From Candidatus Bathyarchaeota archaeon (GTDB lineage Archaea > Thermoproteota > Bathyarchaeia > Bathyarchaeales > DTEX01), in assembly GCA_018396405.1 (NCBI GenBank), contig JAGTQD010000004.1, forward strand, positions 1 to 52,734: a stretch of 52,734 nucleotides of DNA, in the 5' to 3' direction. The notes beneath the pieces were generated by a model. The model worked only from the letters and a program-made list of their open reading frames with translations. It did no database searches and had not been told where the DNA came from. Each line of letters opens with the position of its first letter. Position 1 is the first letter of the stretch. Position numbers and translations under genes: made by a program. Positions 17,973 to 28,312 of this stretch are shown here, in pieces.

Positions 17973-20378
17973 GTGACTAGAAGAAGGGAGTATATATTAT
18001 GGCTTGATGAAATAGGCGTCGAAGACATACCGCTCGTTGGCGGTAAAAGTGCAAATTTAGGCGAAATGGTTAGAAAAGTCGGTGTTCCAGTCCCCTACGG
18101 TTTTGCAGTAACTGCTAAAGCATATGAATACTATATAAAAGCTAACGGTCTTGACGAGAAGATAGCCGAGACCCTTAGAGAACTAAGCGATTTGAATGAT
18201 ACGGGGACCCTTCAGAGAGTCGGAGCGACGATAAGGAAGATAATATTATCGGCCAATATGCCCAGGGACTTAGAAGAAGAAATTATAAGTGCCTACAATG
18301 AGCTTTCTAAGAAGATTGGTGAAGAGGATCCACCCGTCGCGATTCGTAGCTCAGCTACGGCTGAGGATTTACCAGATGCTAGCTTCGCTGGTCAGCAGGA
18401 GACTTATCTTAATGTTCGAGGAGCGAAAGAGGTTCTCGAAAAAATAAAGCTATGCTATGCAAGCCTATTCACTGACAGAGCAATATTTTACAGGGCTCAG
18501 AAAGGCTTCGATCACATGGCCGTAGCGTTAAGCGCGATTGTTCAGCTAATGGTTTTCAGTAAGGCTAGCGGAGTAGCATTTACGCTTGATGTGACCACTG
18601 GTGATAGAAGTACTGTTCTAATAGAAGCTAGTTATGGGTTGGGCGAGTATATAGTTCAAGGAAAAGTAACGCCGGATGAATATTATGTTAGAAAGGCAGA
18701 CTTAGAGATCGTGAAGAAGATAGTTCCAAAAAAGACCGTTCAGTTAACGAGGAAACCTAATGGTGGGACTGAGGAGAAAGCTGTCCCATTAGAGCTGCAG
18801 GATAAACAAGTTCTTACAGACGAGCAGATTAAGGAGATTGCTAAATATGCCATAATGATCGAGCAGTATTATGGTAAACCTATGGATATCGAGTGGGCCT
18901 TGGATGAGAGAACAAATAAAATATTTATACTTCAGGCTAGACCTGAGACATTTTGGTCCCTTAAGGAGAAGGTTAAAGAAAAACCAACAATTGCGAGGGA
19001 GAGGAAAATACTGGTTTATGGTCTTCCAGCCTCACCTGGCATGGCTGTTGGTAAGGTCCATATTATTAAATCGATTGAGGATCTTAACGGTTTCCAGAGG
19101 GGCGGAATACTTGTTGCGGAGATGACTGCTCCAGATTGGGTTCCAGCGATGCGCAAGGCATCCGCGATTATAACGAATTCTGGTGGAGTAACATGCCACG
19201 CAGCGATAGTCTCAAGAGAGCTTGGTATACCATGTGTCGTTGGAACCGCCTCTAAGGGGACGCCAGCAACAGAAGTCCTTAAGGATGGAATGATTGTAAC
19301 CGTAGATGCAAATCTTGGCGTAGTATATGAGGGGGCTATTGAAGAGTACTCCGTTGAGGAGGTCGAGTTTAAGGAGGAGGTTGCAGCCTTATCTGCGAAG
19401 GCTCCTGCTGAGCAATATATTGTTACTGGGACTAAGATTTATGTGAACTTAGGTGAACCTGAACTTGCAGAGAAGGTTGCAGCCTTGCCAGTTGATGGTG
19501 TAGGGCTTCTGAGACAGGAGTTTATTTGGTCTAGCGAGATAGGAGAGCATCCGCTTTATATGATTGAGACTGGTAGGGCTGAAGAATTTGTGAATAAGCT
19601 TGCTAATGCAATTCGTCGCATCTGTGCTGCTTTCTATCCGAGACCAGTTATAATGCGCTTCAGCGATTTTAAGTCCACAGAGTATAGGAGACTAAAAGGT
19701 GGAGAGAAATATGAGCCTATTGAGGCTTCAGCGCTCCTTGGGTGGAGGGGGGCCTCAAGATACTATGATCCAAAATATATTGAGGCGTTCAGACTTGAGA
19801 TTAGATCTGTCAAGAAAGTTAGGGAGGAGTATGGTCTTAAGAACCTTTGGGTCATGATACCATTCTGTAGACGGGTTGAAGAGATGGATAAGATAATTAA
19901 GATAATGGAGGAAGAAGGGCTAAGGAGGGGCCCTGATTTCAAGATTTGGTTAATGGCTGAGTTACCAAGTAATATTCTACTCGCGGACAAGTTTAATAAG
20001 TATATTGATGGTTATAGCATCGGTAGCAATGATTTAACCATGACGATCTTAGGCTGCGACAGAGATAACGAGACCGTTGCGCACTTGTTTGACGAAAGAG
20101 ATCTAGCCGTGAAACGCGCGATTAAATTGCTGATTAAGCTGGCTCATAGGGATGGGAAGACTGTAAGCATATGTGGACAAGCTCCAAGCGTATATCCAGA
20201 CTTCGTAGAGTTTTTAGTTAGATGTGGGATAGATAGTATATCGGTTAATCCGGATGCCGTTATACAAACAAGGAAGCTTGTAGCCTCGATAGAACAGCGC
20301 ATATTGCTTGAAAATGCGATTGGTAGAGGCATTAAGAAGGATTCACGTCTGGAGATACCCCTCGACGACGAAAAATAA
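17973..20378 (+). CDS. ppsA: Phosphoenolpyruvate synthase
   Basis: VGGKSANLGE, RSSATAEDL, SFAGQQ, GGVTCHAAIVSRE and SIGSNDL. Confidence 0.97.
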   Translation: MTRRREYILWLDEIGVEDIPLVGGKSANLGEMVRKVGVPVPYGFAVTAKAYEYYIKANGLDEKIAETLRELSDLNDTGTLQRVGATIRKIILSANMPRDLEEEIISAYNELSKKIGEEDPPVAIRSSATAEDLPDASFAGQQETYLNVRGAKEVLEKIKLCYASLFTDRAIFYRAQKGFDHMAVALSAIVQLMVFSKASGVAFTLDVTTGDRSTVLIEASYGLGEYIVQGKVTPDEYYVRKADLEIVKKIVPKKTVQLTRKPNGGTEEKAVPLELQDKQVLTDEQIKEIAKYAIMIEQYYGKPMDIEWALDERTNKIFILQARPETFWSLKEKVKEKPTIARERKILVYGLPASPGMAVGKVHIIKSIEDLNGFQRGGILVAEMTAPDWVPAMRKASAIITNSGGVTCHAAIVSRELGIPCVVGTASKGTPATEVLKDGMIVTVDANLGVVYEGAIEEYSVEEVEFKEEVAALSAKAPAEQYIVTGTKIYVNLGEPELAEKVAALPVDGVGLLRQEFIWSSEIGEHPLYMIETGRAEEFVNKLANAIRRICAAFYPRPVIMRFSDFKSTEYRRLKGGEKYEPIEASALLGWRGASRYYDPKYIEAFRLEIRSVKKVREEYGLKNLWVMIPFCRRVEEMDKIIKIMEEEGLRRGPDFKIWLMAELPSNILLADKFNKYIDGYSIGSNDLTMTILGCDRDNETVAHLFDERDLAVKRAIKLLIKLAHRDGKTVSICGQAPSVYPDFVEFLVRCGIDSISVNPDAVIQTRKLVASIEQRILLENAIGRGIKKDSRLEIPLDDEK

Positions 20379-20390
20379 TCCTTATTTGCA

Positions 20391-21422
20391 TTGACGGAGA
20401 TTTTCATGGCGATTTTGTCGGGGTTATTTAATCTAGAGGAAGAAAGGATCAAAAGTGAAATTATTAAACGAAAGCCTTCCAAGGTCTTAGTACAGCTGCC
20501 TGAAGGCCTTAGGTCTAAAGCTCTCCAAGTATCTTCGATCGTAGAGGGGGCTGGAGCCCTAGCAATAATTTCTGCAGATCCCTGTTATGGCGCGTGCGAC
20601 CTAGCGCTTAATGAAGCTAGAATATTGTCAGCTGACCTGCTAATACATTTTGGGCACTCTGAAATAGATCTTTTCAGACAACAAGATACCATACCAGTAA
20701 TTTATATTGAGGCAAAGGCATCAATCGATGTTAGAGGAGTAATTGAGGAGTCTCTGAGTTATCTTAAAAGCTGGGAGAAGATTGGATTAGTCTCAACCGT
20801 CCAGCATGTTGATTCTCTAAATGAGGCTAGAGAGATCTTAGAGAGATCTGGTAAAAGCGTATATATTGGAAATGAACCGGGCTTAAAATACCCAGGTCAA
20901 GTTTTAGGCTGCGATTACAGGAACTGTAAATCGATATCAAGCATAGTGGACGCTTTCCTCTTCATTGGATCTGGGCTATTTCATGCCGTTGGAATTTTTC
21001 TGGCTACAATGAAACCCACACTTATAGCTGATCCCCTCTCTGGGAAGATTGAGAGGATTGATGATAAGGCTAGGCTTATAATAAATAGGCGGTGGATGGA
21101 GATATGCGAGGCCTCGGATGCCAAGAGATGGGGGGTAATAATTGGTCTAAAATTTGGGCAGCGAAACTTTGAAACAGCAATAAAATTGAAGAAGGAAATT
21201 GAAGGTTGCGGAAAAAGGGCTATCTTATTGTCTATGAGGGAAATAACACCTGAAACCTTGAGAGACTTCGTTGATATTGAGGCTTACGTAAATACAGCTT
21301 GTCCGAGAATCTCCCTCTACGAGACAAAAATATTTCCAAAACCAGTTTTAACTCCCAGAGAAACTCTCGTCGCCCTCGGAAGAATGAAGTGGGAAGAATA
21401 TTTGAGAGCGGGGCTCTTATAA
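20391..21422 (+). CDS. dph2: Diphthamide biosynthesis enzyme Dph2
   Basis: QLPEGL, CYGACD, GQVLGC and TACPR (three Fe-S cysteines). Exact start uncertain. Confidence 0.95.
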   Translation: MTEIFMAILSGLFNLEEERIKSEIIKRKPSKVLVQLPEGLRSKALQVSSIVEGAGALAIISADPCYGACDLALNEARILSADLLIHFGHSEIDLFRQQDTIPVIYIEAKASIDVRGVIEESLSYLKSWEKIGLVSTVQHVDSLNEAREILERSGKSVYIGNEPGLKYPGQVLGCDYRNCKSISSIVDAFLFIGSGLFHAVGIFLATMKPTLIADPLSGKIERIDDKARLIINRRWMEICEASDAKRWGVIIGLKFGQRNFETAIKLKKEIEGCGKRAILLSMREITPETLRDFVDIEAYVNTACPRISLYETKIFPKPVLTPRETLVALGRMKWEEYLRAGLL

Positions 21423-21433
21423 ATATTTTAAGA

Positions 21434-22075
21434 GTGAAGGATGACCGAAAATTGCTGAGAAGAAAGCATATAGCTATTCTTCTTTCGCAACTGGAACCTA
21501 TCCCAAACCCGAAACTTAGATGGGAAAGCTATACACTTGACTCTGAAAGCGCTGCCACAATAGTTTATATCGCGGCATATGAACATGATGACATACGTGG
21601 AAAAAAAGTTATTGACCTTGGCTGCGGCTCAGGCATCCTAGCGATAGCTGCCTCTTTATTCGGCGCAGAGTGGACTGTTGGGGTCGATATTGATAGGGAG
21701 GCCATAAAAGTCGCAATAAAAAATGCTAGTAAAGTTGGTGTCCAAGTTGACTTTATTAATGGAGATATAGGCTGCGTAAGTGGGCATTTTGAAACAACGT
21801 TGATGAATCCACCCTTTGGAAGCTGGCATAAAGGTGCAGATATAAATTTTATAAAGAAGGCTTTGGAAATCTCAAATGTAGTATATCTGGTGCACAAAAG
21901 AAGCCCGTCTGTGAAAGACTTTTTAAGCAGCACCATTCCAAAATTGGGTGGTGTCATAGATCGCATTTATAACATAGATATAGTCATAAAAAGGATATTT
22001 AAATTCCATAGGAAGAAATACTATAACGTTAAAGCAGCCCTCTATAGAATAATAAGTGAAACGTATAAAGACTAG
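21434..22075 (+). CDS. METTL5-family N6-adenine RNA methyltransferase
   Basis: WESYT, DLGCGSG and NPPFG. Start is GTG 21434 or TTG 21452; the longer track ORF overlaps dph2. Confidence 0.88.
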   Translation: MKDDRKLLRRKHIAILLSQLEPIPNPKLRWESYTLDSESAATIVYIAAYEHDDIRGKKVIDLGCGSGILAIAASLFGAEWTVGVDIDREAIKVAIKNASKVGVQVDFINGDIGCVSGHFETTLMNPPFGSWHKGADINFIKKALEISNVVYLVHKRSPSVKDFLSSTIPKLGGVIDRIYNIDIVIKRIFKFHRKKYYNVKAALYRIISETYKD

Positions 22076-22152
22076 TAGCATGAGGCAAAACTATATTTTA
22101 AGATCTTCCTTATTAGAAAAGAATAAGAAAAGGGTGGCTGGATCATCAGGTC

Positions 22153-22734
22153 ATGTTAAAGGAGAAGAAAGGTGACCGCTTCGTTACACCTGGAGATAAG
22201 ATATGTGTGATAGAGGAGTTTATACCTGGATATGGAACTTATGTTGCTGATGGCATCATATATGCGAATAACGTTGGTTTTCTTTCGATCGATCCAAAGA
22301 GTAGGACAGTCTCAATCCAGCCAGTGTCTCGCAGAATATGCGCGCCAAGAGTTGGAAACACAGTCATAGGTTATGTATGGAATATTCAAACAGCCATGGC
22401 TTTCATAAGGATATTCAAGATCGAAAAATATTTCCTCTCAGGCTTCTTTACGGGGATTCTGCATGTTTCGGATGTTGATGTAAAGTTTACTAAAGATATT
22501 TTAGATGCACTTAAGGTGGGTGATATAGTGCGCGCAAAAGTTATAAGCGAGATAAATAGAACATATTTTCTAACCACGAAAGGAGAGAACTTAGGCATAA
22601 TATTGGCACTATGCTCTAAATGTGGTGGCATATTAGGATTAAAATCTAAAAGAGAGAAAAAATTGTATTGCGAGGAATGCGGAAATATTGAGACGAGGAA
22701 GATTGCATCAGATTATGGCACCACTAATCTTTAA
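22153..22734 (+). CDS. csl4: Exosome subunit Csl4
   Basis: VTPGD, S1 domain and C-terminal CxxC...CxxC ETRK Zn ribbon. Confidence 0.95.
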   Translation: MLKEKKGDRFVTPGDKICVIEEFIPGYGTYVADGIIYANNVGFLSIDPKSRTVSIQPVSRRICAPRVGNTVIGYVWNIQTAMAFIRIFKIEKYFLSGFFTGILHVSDVDVKFTKDILDALKVGDIVRAKVISEINRTYFLTTKGENLGIILALCSKCGGILGLKSKREKKLYCEECGNIETRKIASDYGTTNL

Positions 22735-22737
22735 GGG

Positions 22738-23049
22738 GTGATTGAGGTGCAGTTAAAGGTGTTGGAAAAGAAGCAAAATGAGGTTGTAATTGAAATTGAT
22801 GGAGAGGGGCATACTCTATGTAATCTTCTTGAATCAGTTCTGCTTGAGGATGACGAAGTTGAATTTGCGGGTTACACGATTCCTCATCCATTAGTAGGAA
22901 AGCCAATTTTAAGGGTGAGGACAAAAGGGAATAAAGAGCCAAAGGATGCTTTGAGGGAGGCGCTTATAAAAATTATTGAGAGAGGCAGAGCTCTTAAAGA
23001 AGAGTTTGAAAGAACCCTTAAGGAATACCATGAAGTGAGTTCAAATTAA
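22738..23049 (+). CDS. rpoL: RNA polymerase subunit L (Rpo11)
   Basis: GEGHTLCNLL and YTIPHPL. Confidence 0.96.
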   Translation: MIEVQLKVLEKKQNEVVIEIDGEGHTLCNLLESVLLEDDEVEFAGYTIPHPLVGKPILRVRTKGNKEPKDALREALIKIIERGRALKEEFERTLKEYHEVSSN

Positions 23050-23464
23050 AGTTAGCATGCCCCTTAATTCTCTCTAAAATTACCTTCAATAGTATACTAA
23101 TATTATCTGCTAAATCGCCTTCACATGCCAGTATGTCGACGGTTTCCTTAATAGATATTATGCCTGAAAGCCAGCCGTAAACTATCAATGCTTCAGCGGC
23201 ATTCGCTTGCTCATGCTTATTCACCCTATGCGAGAGCATTCTTCTTATACCAGACTTTCGTGAGGCTAAGGATAAAATAGAATTATTTAGTTTCCGCCCA
23301 GCTGGCTTGCCGGAGCTCTTCGATAAAGCTAATGAATAGGCGAAATTTATATATGCGTCTCCGAGAGAAGCCAAATCCTTATCACTTAGCACTTCCTCAA
23401 TCCTTGAATATTTATGTAAAAATTTGAAATACCCGCTTAAGCCAACCTCAGCCAACAATGTCAC
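23018..23464 (-). CDS. Archaeal mini RNase III-family protein
   Basis: LASLGDAYINF and ANAAEALI signatures. Overlaps the rpoL 3' end; start uncertain. Confidence 0.75.
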   Translation of the reverse strand: MTLLAEVGLSGYFKFLHKYSRIEEVLSDKDLASLGDAYINFAYSLALSKSSGKPAGRKLNNSILSLASRKSGIRRMLSHRVNKHEQANAAEALIVYGWLSGIISIKETVDILACEGDLADNISILLKVILERIKGHANFNLNSLHGIP

Positions 23465-23517
23465 CTAGTAATTTTCTTCCAAATATATTTAAAGGAGGCA
23501 TATTTATTTTTGGGTTG

Positions 23518-24576
23518 ATGAAGAAAACTATAATTATAAAGGTTAGTAAGGAGAATCCTGAGCCAGACAAGATAAGAATAGCAGCTGATATTATACGCAG
23601 GGGTGGTCTGGTAGCCTTTCCAACAGAAACCGTTTATGGTTTGGGAGCGGACGCTTTAAATCCCGACGCCGTTAAAGAAATATATGCTGCAAAAATGAGG
23701 CCGCCGGATAACCCAATAATAGTTCATATCGCCAGAAAAGAAGATGTCTATAAGCTTGCTGTTGACATTCCTAAAAGTGGAGAGAAACTCATAGATATCT
23801 TTTGGCCTGGTCCACTAACGCTTGTCCTAAAAGCCTCAAATATTGTGCCTAGGGTGACAACTGGCGGCCTAGATACAATTGCTATAAGGATGCCTAAGCA
23901 TGAGGTTGCTCTGGCCTTGATAAGGGAGGCGGGAAGGCCAATAGCCGCACCGAGCGCCAATCTTGCTGGTAGGCCAAGCCCGACATTAGCTGAACATGTT
24001 CTTCAGGATCTTTTTGGCAGGATAGATGCTATACTTGATGCTGGGCCAACAAATATAGGGGTTGAATCGACGGTTCTCGATCTTTCATGTAATCCACCGC
24101 AGATACTTAGGCCTGGCGGAGTCACTTACGAGGATCTAAAGGCAGTTTTAGGAGAGGTTAGTATACACCCAGCCGCGGTAGCCAAGAGTGAAGTTCACAT
24201 TGAGCGTACCCGCTCTCCTGGAATGAAGTATAAGCATTATGCCCCCAAGGCTGAAATGCTCGTTGTCGAGGGTGAACTAAAATCTGTGATCATGAAGGTT
24301 AGGGAGCTGGCTAAATATTATATTGAGGCTGGAAAGAAAGTTGGCATACTCGCTACAGACGAAAGCATGAAAGAATATAATTTGGGTATAGTGAAGTCTA
24401 TGGGGAGCAGGAATAACTTAGCCTCCGTGGCCAGAAACCTGTTTAAGCTTCTTAGAGAGCTCGATAATGAGGGTGTAGATCTAATTATCGCTGAAGGTCT
24501 CCCGCAGGAGAATCTAGGCTTAGCGGTGATGAACAGGCTTAGAAAGGCTGCTAGCTATAATATAATTAACGTCTGA
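23518..24576 (+). CDS. sua5: Threonylcarbamoyl-AMP synthase Sua5
   Basis: PTETVYGL, NPIIVH, APSAN, SPGMKYKHYAP and C-terminal SUA5 domain. Confidence 0.96.
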   Translation: MKKTIIIKVSKENPEPDKIRIAADIIRRGGLVAFPTETVYGLGADALNPDAVKEIYAAKMRPPDNPIIVHIARKEDVYKLAVDIPKSGEKLIDIFWPGPLTLVLKASNIVPRVTTGGLDTIAIRMPKHEVALALIREAGRPIAAPSANLAGRPSPTLAEHVLQDLFGRIDAILDAGPTNIGVESTVLDLSCNPPQILRPGGVTYEDLKAVLGEVSIHPAAVAKSEVHIERTRSPGMKYKHYAPKAEMLVVEGELKSVIMKVRELAKYYIEAGKKVGILATDESMKEYNLGIVKSMGSRNNLASVARNLFKLLRELDNEGVDLIIAEGLPQENLGLAVMNRLRKAASYNIINV

Positions 24577-24590
24577 GCGTCCTCTTGGCA

Positions 24591-25535
24591 TTATTCTTCT
24601 TCCGCGTCAGTTATTCCTTTCTCAGTTATCATGAAGCAGCATTCTCTCTCAGGTAAGTATGGACTATCAATTATTCTGGCGATTCTAATCCCTTTATTTC
24701 CTTTTCTTAAGTATACTCTATGTGTGCATGCATGAGCCATTATATGTCCGCCAGCTGGTCTCGTGGGATCGCCGAAGAAGGCTGCCGGATTGGCTTGAAC
24801 CTGATTAGTTATAACGACGGCTAAATTATATGCCTCAGCCAGCCTAAGAAGCTTATGGAGATATTGATTCAGCTTTTGCTGTCTCTCTGAAAGTGTTTCA
24901 CGCCCAATATATTCTCCTCTAAAGTGGCTTATCATACTATCGACCACCACAAGCTTTACATTATTCTCCGGGCATATCGTGAACAACTTATCTATAAGCA
25001 AACATTGATGGCTACTATTATATGCCCTTGCAACAAGAATATTGCTAGCAGCCTCATGTGGATCGATTCCTAGGCTAGAAGCTATCTGGTATATCCTTTC
25101 AGGCATGAATGTCCCCTCAGTATCTATAAATACTGCTCTACCCTCGAGCCCGCCCCTTTCATATGGCAGCTGAGCTGTAACTGAAAGCATCATGCATATC
25201 TGAGTCTTTCCAGAACCATACTCACCTATGAACTCCGTGATCGCCTGCGTTTCTACCCCACCACCAAGTATTTCATCCAGCTTTTTTGACCCAGTTGTGC
25301 AGCGCCTCATGTTCTTTCTCTGCTCATAATACTCCAGCGCGGTCTTAAAGTCAGCCGATAACATCTTACGTGCCGACTCTTGGATCTTAAGTATCGTATT
25401 TAACCCTATGCTTGTTTTCTCAGCTATCTCCATTGGGGGCGTTACGGCTATAGCCTCTATAGTCGTGAAGCCCGCAGCCCTAAGTTTAGAGGCTATTGTC
25501 GGCCCCACACCATCTAACGTTTCCAAGTCTTCCAT
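24591..25535 (-). CDS. radA: DNA recombinase RadA
   Basis: N-terminal Hh[23 protein letters not shown] and DSPYLPE. Confidence 0.97.
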   Translation of the reverse strand: MEDLETLDGVGPTIASKLRAAGFTTIEAIAVTPPMEIAEKTSIGLNTILKIQESARKMLSADFKTALEYYEQRKNMRRCTTGSKKLDEILGGGVETQAITEFIGEYGSGKTQICMMLSVTAQLPYERGGLEGRAVFIDTEGTFMPERIYQIASSLGIDPHEAASNILVARAYNSSHQCLLIDKLFTICPENNVKLVVVDSMISHFRGEYIGRETLSERQQKLNQYLHKLLRLAEAYNLAVVITNQVQANPAAFFGDPTRPAGGHIMAHACTHRVYLRKGNKGIRIARIIDSPYLPERECCFMITEKGITDAEEE

Positions 25536-25580
25536 CCTGGTATGACACGCTCCAAAATGTATTCATGTTTACACATATAT

Positions 25581-25925
25581 TTAAGGAATCTGTGAAAGAT
25601 TAGTGGGGGAGGGGGTCTGAAGGGCTGACGCGCCCAGCGCTTCTAAGAGAAATTCTATTAAAATTTTAGCTGTCTTATTTTCTAGGTTTATTTGGTATGT
25701 CCTCGGCTCACACTGGTTTTCTTTGATCCAGCCTATTTTTACGAGCGTTTTAAGGTATCTATCTATAGATGGTGTTCTAAGTCCGGTAGCTTTGGTGAGA
25801 GCATACTTTGTAAAGGCTTTATCTGGATTTAATGCCAAGTAAACTAAAACTCTAAATTTTTTCCCTCCACCAAGACCTAGCTCGAGCTCTTCCAGAGCAT
25901 CCTTCTTAACTCCTTTTTCTCTCAT
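25581..25925 (-). CDS. Winged-helix (ArsR-like) DNA-binding protein
   Basis: FTKYALTKATGLRTPSIDRYLKTLVKIGWI HTH pattern. Lies between cdc6 and radA. Confidence 0.75.
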   Translation of the reverse strand: MREKGVKKDALEELELGLGGGKKFRVLVYLALNPDKAFTKYALTKATGLRTPSIDRYLKTLVKIGWIKENQCEPRTYQINLENKTAKILIEFLLEALGASALQTPSPTNLSQIP

Positions 25926-25929
25926 ACCC

Positions 25930-27102
25930 TTATCCACTTTGCTCTAATTGTCTCATCAAATTATCGAGGAATCTTTCTAGGTCTATGAGCGCCGCGCCCG
26001 ATATTCCTATCTCTAATAATGATTTCATATCTATTATTCCACGATAAATGAGATCCTGAATTCGTTCCTCAACCTCCTCAACTGGCTTGACATTATATTC
26101 TTCACAGACGATATTATAGAATTTTCTGAGATCCCTCAAGCTTATATAAGCTGATTTACTTGCTTTCAGCCCTCTTGCAAGGGCAAGGAGTATCATTCTG
26201 CTATCTTTATCTAGGCTCAATATATCTTCAGCCGTTATTGTCGGGTTTATTTCGCTGTAAACCTTGCGAACGTGCTCGGGAGTAACTTTTATTGAGCCAG
26301 TATTCTCGGCTAGTATCCCGGAGTAATAGAGTAATTCAAGCCCAATCCTTACGTCGCCATTAATAGGCGGGTTAGCAGTTATATCACTTATTAAGTCGAG
26401 GGTTTCATCTGAAACAACATTTGGCTGAAAGGCCTCTTTAACCCTATCCGCCAATATATCTCTAATCTGCCTACTAGTATATCTTGGAAACTCTATTATC
26501 CCCCTACCAAGCGTAGACCTCTCCCCCTGCTCTAAAAGGTCATGCCATTTAAGAGATCTCGCAACAAATATCCCGCCGATTATGGGTATAGGTGTGCCGG
26601 GCTGCATCTCCGGTATTCGCGTCAAATCATATATCACATGCTCTTTCGGATTAATTTGGACAAAATAGTCTATTTCGTCAAGAGTTATTATCAGGAATAT
26701 TTCTTCAAATTTTAGGTAATTGATTAATTGTCTTATCATCTCTTCAGGGCTTAGGCTTTTAGTTGAAATTTTTGGGGTCACCTTTTTCACCAAATTACTA
26801 TATAGGACATATCGTGTTGCCCCATCGACCTTACAATTTACATAGACGTGTTGCAGGTTTATGCCCCTATTATGTGCCCTCTCCGAAATAATCTCGCCAA
26901 ACCTAATAGTCGTGCATGTCTTTCCAGTCCCAGCAGGCCCAACAACCTCTATGAAGCGCGGATAGGCCCCCCATATATCCTCAAGCATACCCTCATAAAT
27001 CGATAAAAGCATATTTATCTGCTGGTCTCTATGAGGAAGCCTCCTCGGAATATAATATGGTGAGAGCTTATTCCTATCTTTAAAGATCAAAGATTTGGGC
27101 AA
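25930..27102 (-). CDS. cdc6: Orc1/Cdc6 AAA+ protein
   Basis: LPHRD, GPAGTGKT, YVNC, LDEID, FPRYT, GDVR and a C-terminal wHTH. Confidence 0.92.
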   Translation of the reverse strand: MPKSLIFKDRNKLSPYYIPRRLPHRDQQINMLLSIYEGMLEDIWGAYPRFIEVVGPAGTGKTCTTIRFGEIISERAHNRGINLQHVYVNCKVDGATRYVLYSNLVKKVTPKISTKSLSPEEMIRQLINYLKFEEIFLIITLDEIDYFVQINPKEHVIYDLTRIPEMQPGTPIPIIGGIFVARSLKWHDLLEQGERSTLGRGIIEFPRYTSRQIRDILADRVKEAFQPNVVSDETLDLISDITANPPINGDVRIGLELLYYSGILAENTGSIKVTPEHVRKVYSEINPTITAEDILSLDKDSRMILLALARGLKASKSAYISLRDLRKFYNIVCEEYNVKPVEEVEERIQDLIYRGIIDMKSLLEIGISGAALIDLERFLDNLMRQLEQSG

Positions 27103-27192
27103 GATCTAACCCAACAAAAATTTGTGCAAAAATGTAAATATATTTTTGGCTCCTATTTTAGAATCCTTGATTAATTATCAGTTGGTGTAATC

Positions 27193-28209
27193 ATGCCAGG
27201 CAAAGTGCCGCCTAAAATCATGGAGAGCCTTGTCTATAGAAGGCTTGGCACGTTTGATCCAAGCGTCCTCGTTGGGCCTGCTGTTGGCGAGGATGCCGCG
27301 GTAATAGATATTGGCGGTGGGATGGCCTTAGTAGTCCACAACGATGCTATTAGCGGTGCAAGTAGTCTTTTAGGATGGCTTTCTGTTCATATAGCCGCTA
27401 ACGATATAGCTGTTATGGGAGCTAAGCCGAGGTGGTTTCTGATCTCTCTATTTCTCCCAGAAAGTTCTACTGAGGGTCTTCTTGAGGGGATCATGGCTCA
27501 AATAGACAGCGCGGCTAAAGAGTTAGGTGTAATGGTTGTGGGGGGACATACTGAAAAGACTTATGGAATTAATAGGCCGTTGGCTGGCACAACGGCGATC
27601 GGCTTAGCCGAAAGGGATAAGGTTGTCACTAGCTCTGGTGCGAGGAGTGGGGATTATCTGCTTATGAGTAAGATGGCGGCGCTCGAGGGAACAGCGATAC
27701 TCTGCACAGACTTCGCTGATATTTTAAGAAGTAAAGGCGTCAGTGAGAGGATACTCAGGGAGGGTTCAAGATTCCTAACTAAAGTGAGCGTTGTTAAGGA
27801 GGCTTTAGCCCTAGCAGAAAAAAGGTTAGTGACAGCCATGCATGACCCAACGGAGGGAGGCATACTTGGAGGGGTAGCTGAAATAGCCTATGCTTCAAGG
27901 AAAACTATTGATCTGTGGCCAGAAAAGATTCCAGTATCTGAGGAGACAAAGACTGTTGCCAAGGCGCTTAACGTGGATATTTTGCGGTTGATTAGCTCTG
28001 GCTCTTTAATAGCAACTGTCCCGCCCGGGAAAATTGAGGAGGCTATTAAGACTCTAAATTCTCTCAATATTAACGCTAATATTATCGGGAGAGTTAAAGA
28101 ATATACTGGCCACCTTATTGAAATCGTGGAGGACTCATCGATAACCTACATTGATGATGTCTATGTCGCAGATGAAATTTTTAGGCTTTGGGAAACATTG
28201 GCAAAGTAA
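27193..28209 (+). CDS. AIR synthase/HypE-like (PurM-like) family protein
   Basis: GEDAAV, ANDIA, GGHTE and MHDPTEGG. Confidence 0.88.
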   Translation: MPGKVPPKIMESLVYRRLGTFDPSVLVGPAVGEDAAVIDIGGGMALVVHNDAISGASSLLGWLSVHIAANDIAVMGAKPRWFLISLFLPESSTEGLLEGIMAQIDSAAKELGVMVVGGHTEKTYGINRPLAGTTAIGLAERDKVVTSSGARSGDYLLMSKMAALEGTAILCTDFADILRSKGVSERILREGSRFLTKVSVVKEALALAEKRLVTAMHDPTEGGILGGVAEIAYASRKTIDLWPEKIPVSEETKTVAKALNVDILRLISSGSLIATVPPGKIEEAIKTLNSLNINANIIGRVKEYTGHLIEIVEDSSITYIDDVYVADEIFRLWETLAK

Positions 28210-28312
28210 ATTGACAGAAATATATTGCTCCTTTCCTTAAATACTGGATCATAATAGCTGTCTTTAAGAAAACAGAAATTAATGTTATATTGGATTATTG
28301 GTGTAATTATAT

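Noticed and set aside
27103-27192. Replication origin next to cdc6
   Set aside because: Only 90 bp long with no ORB or G-string repeats. Explained by divergent promoters.
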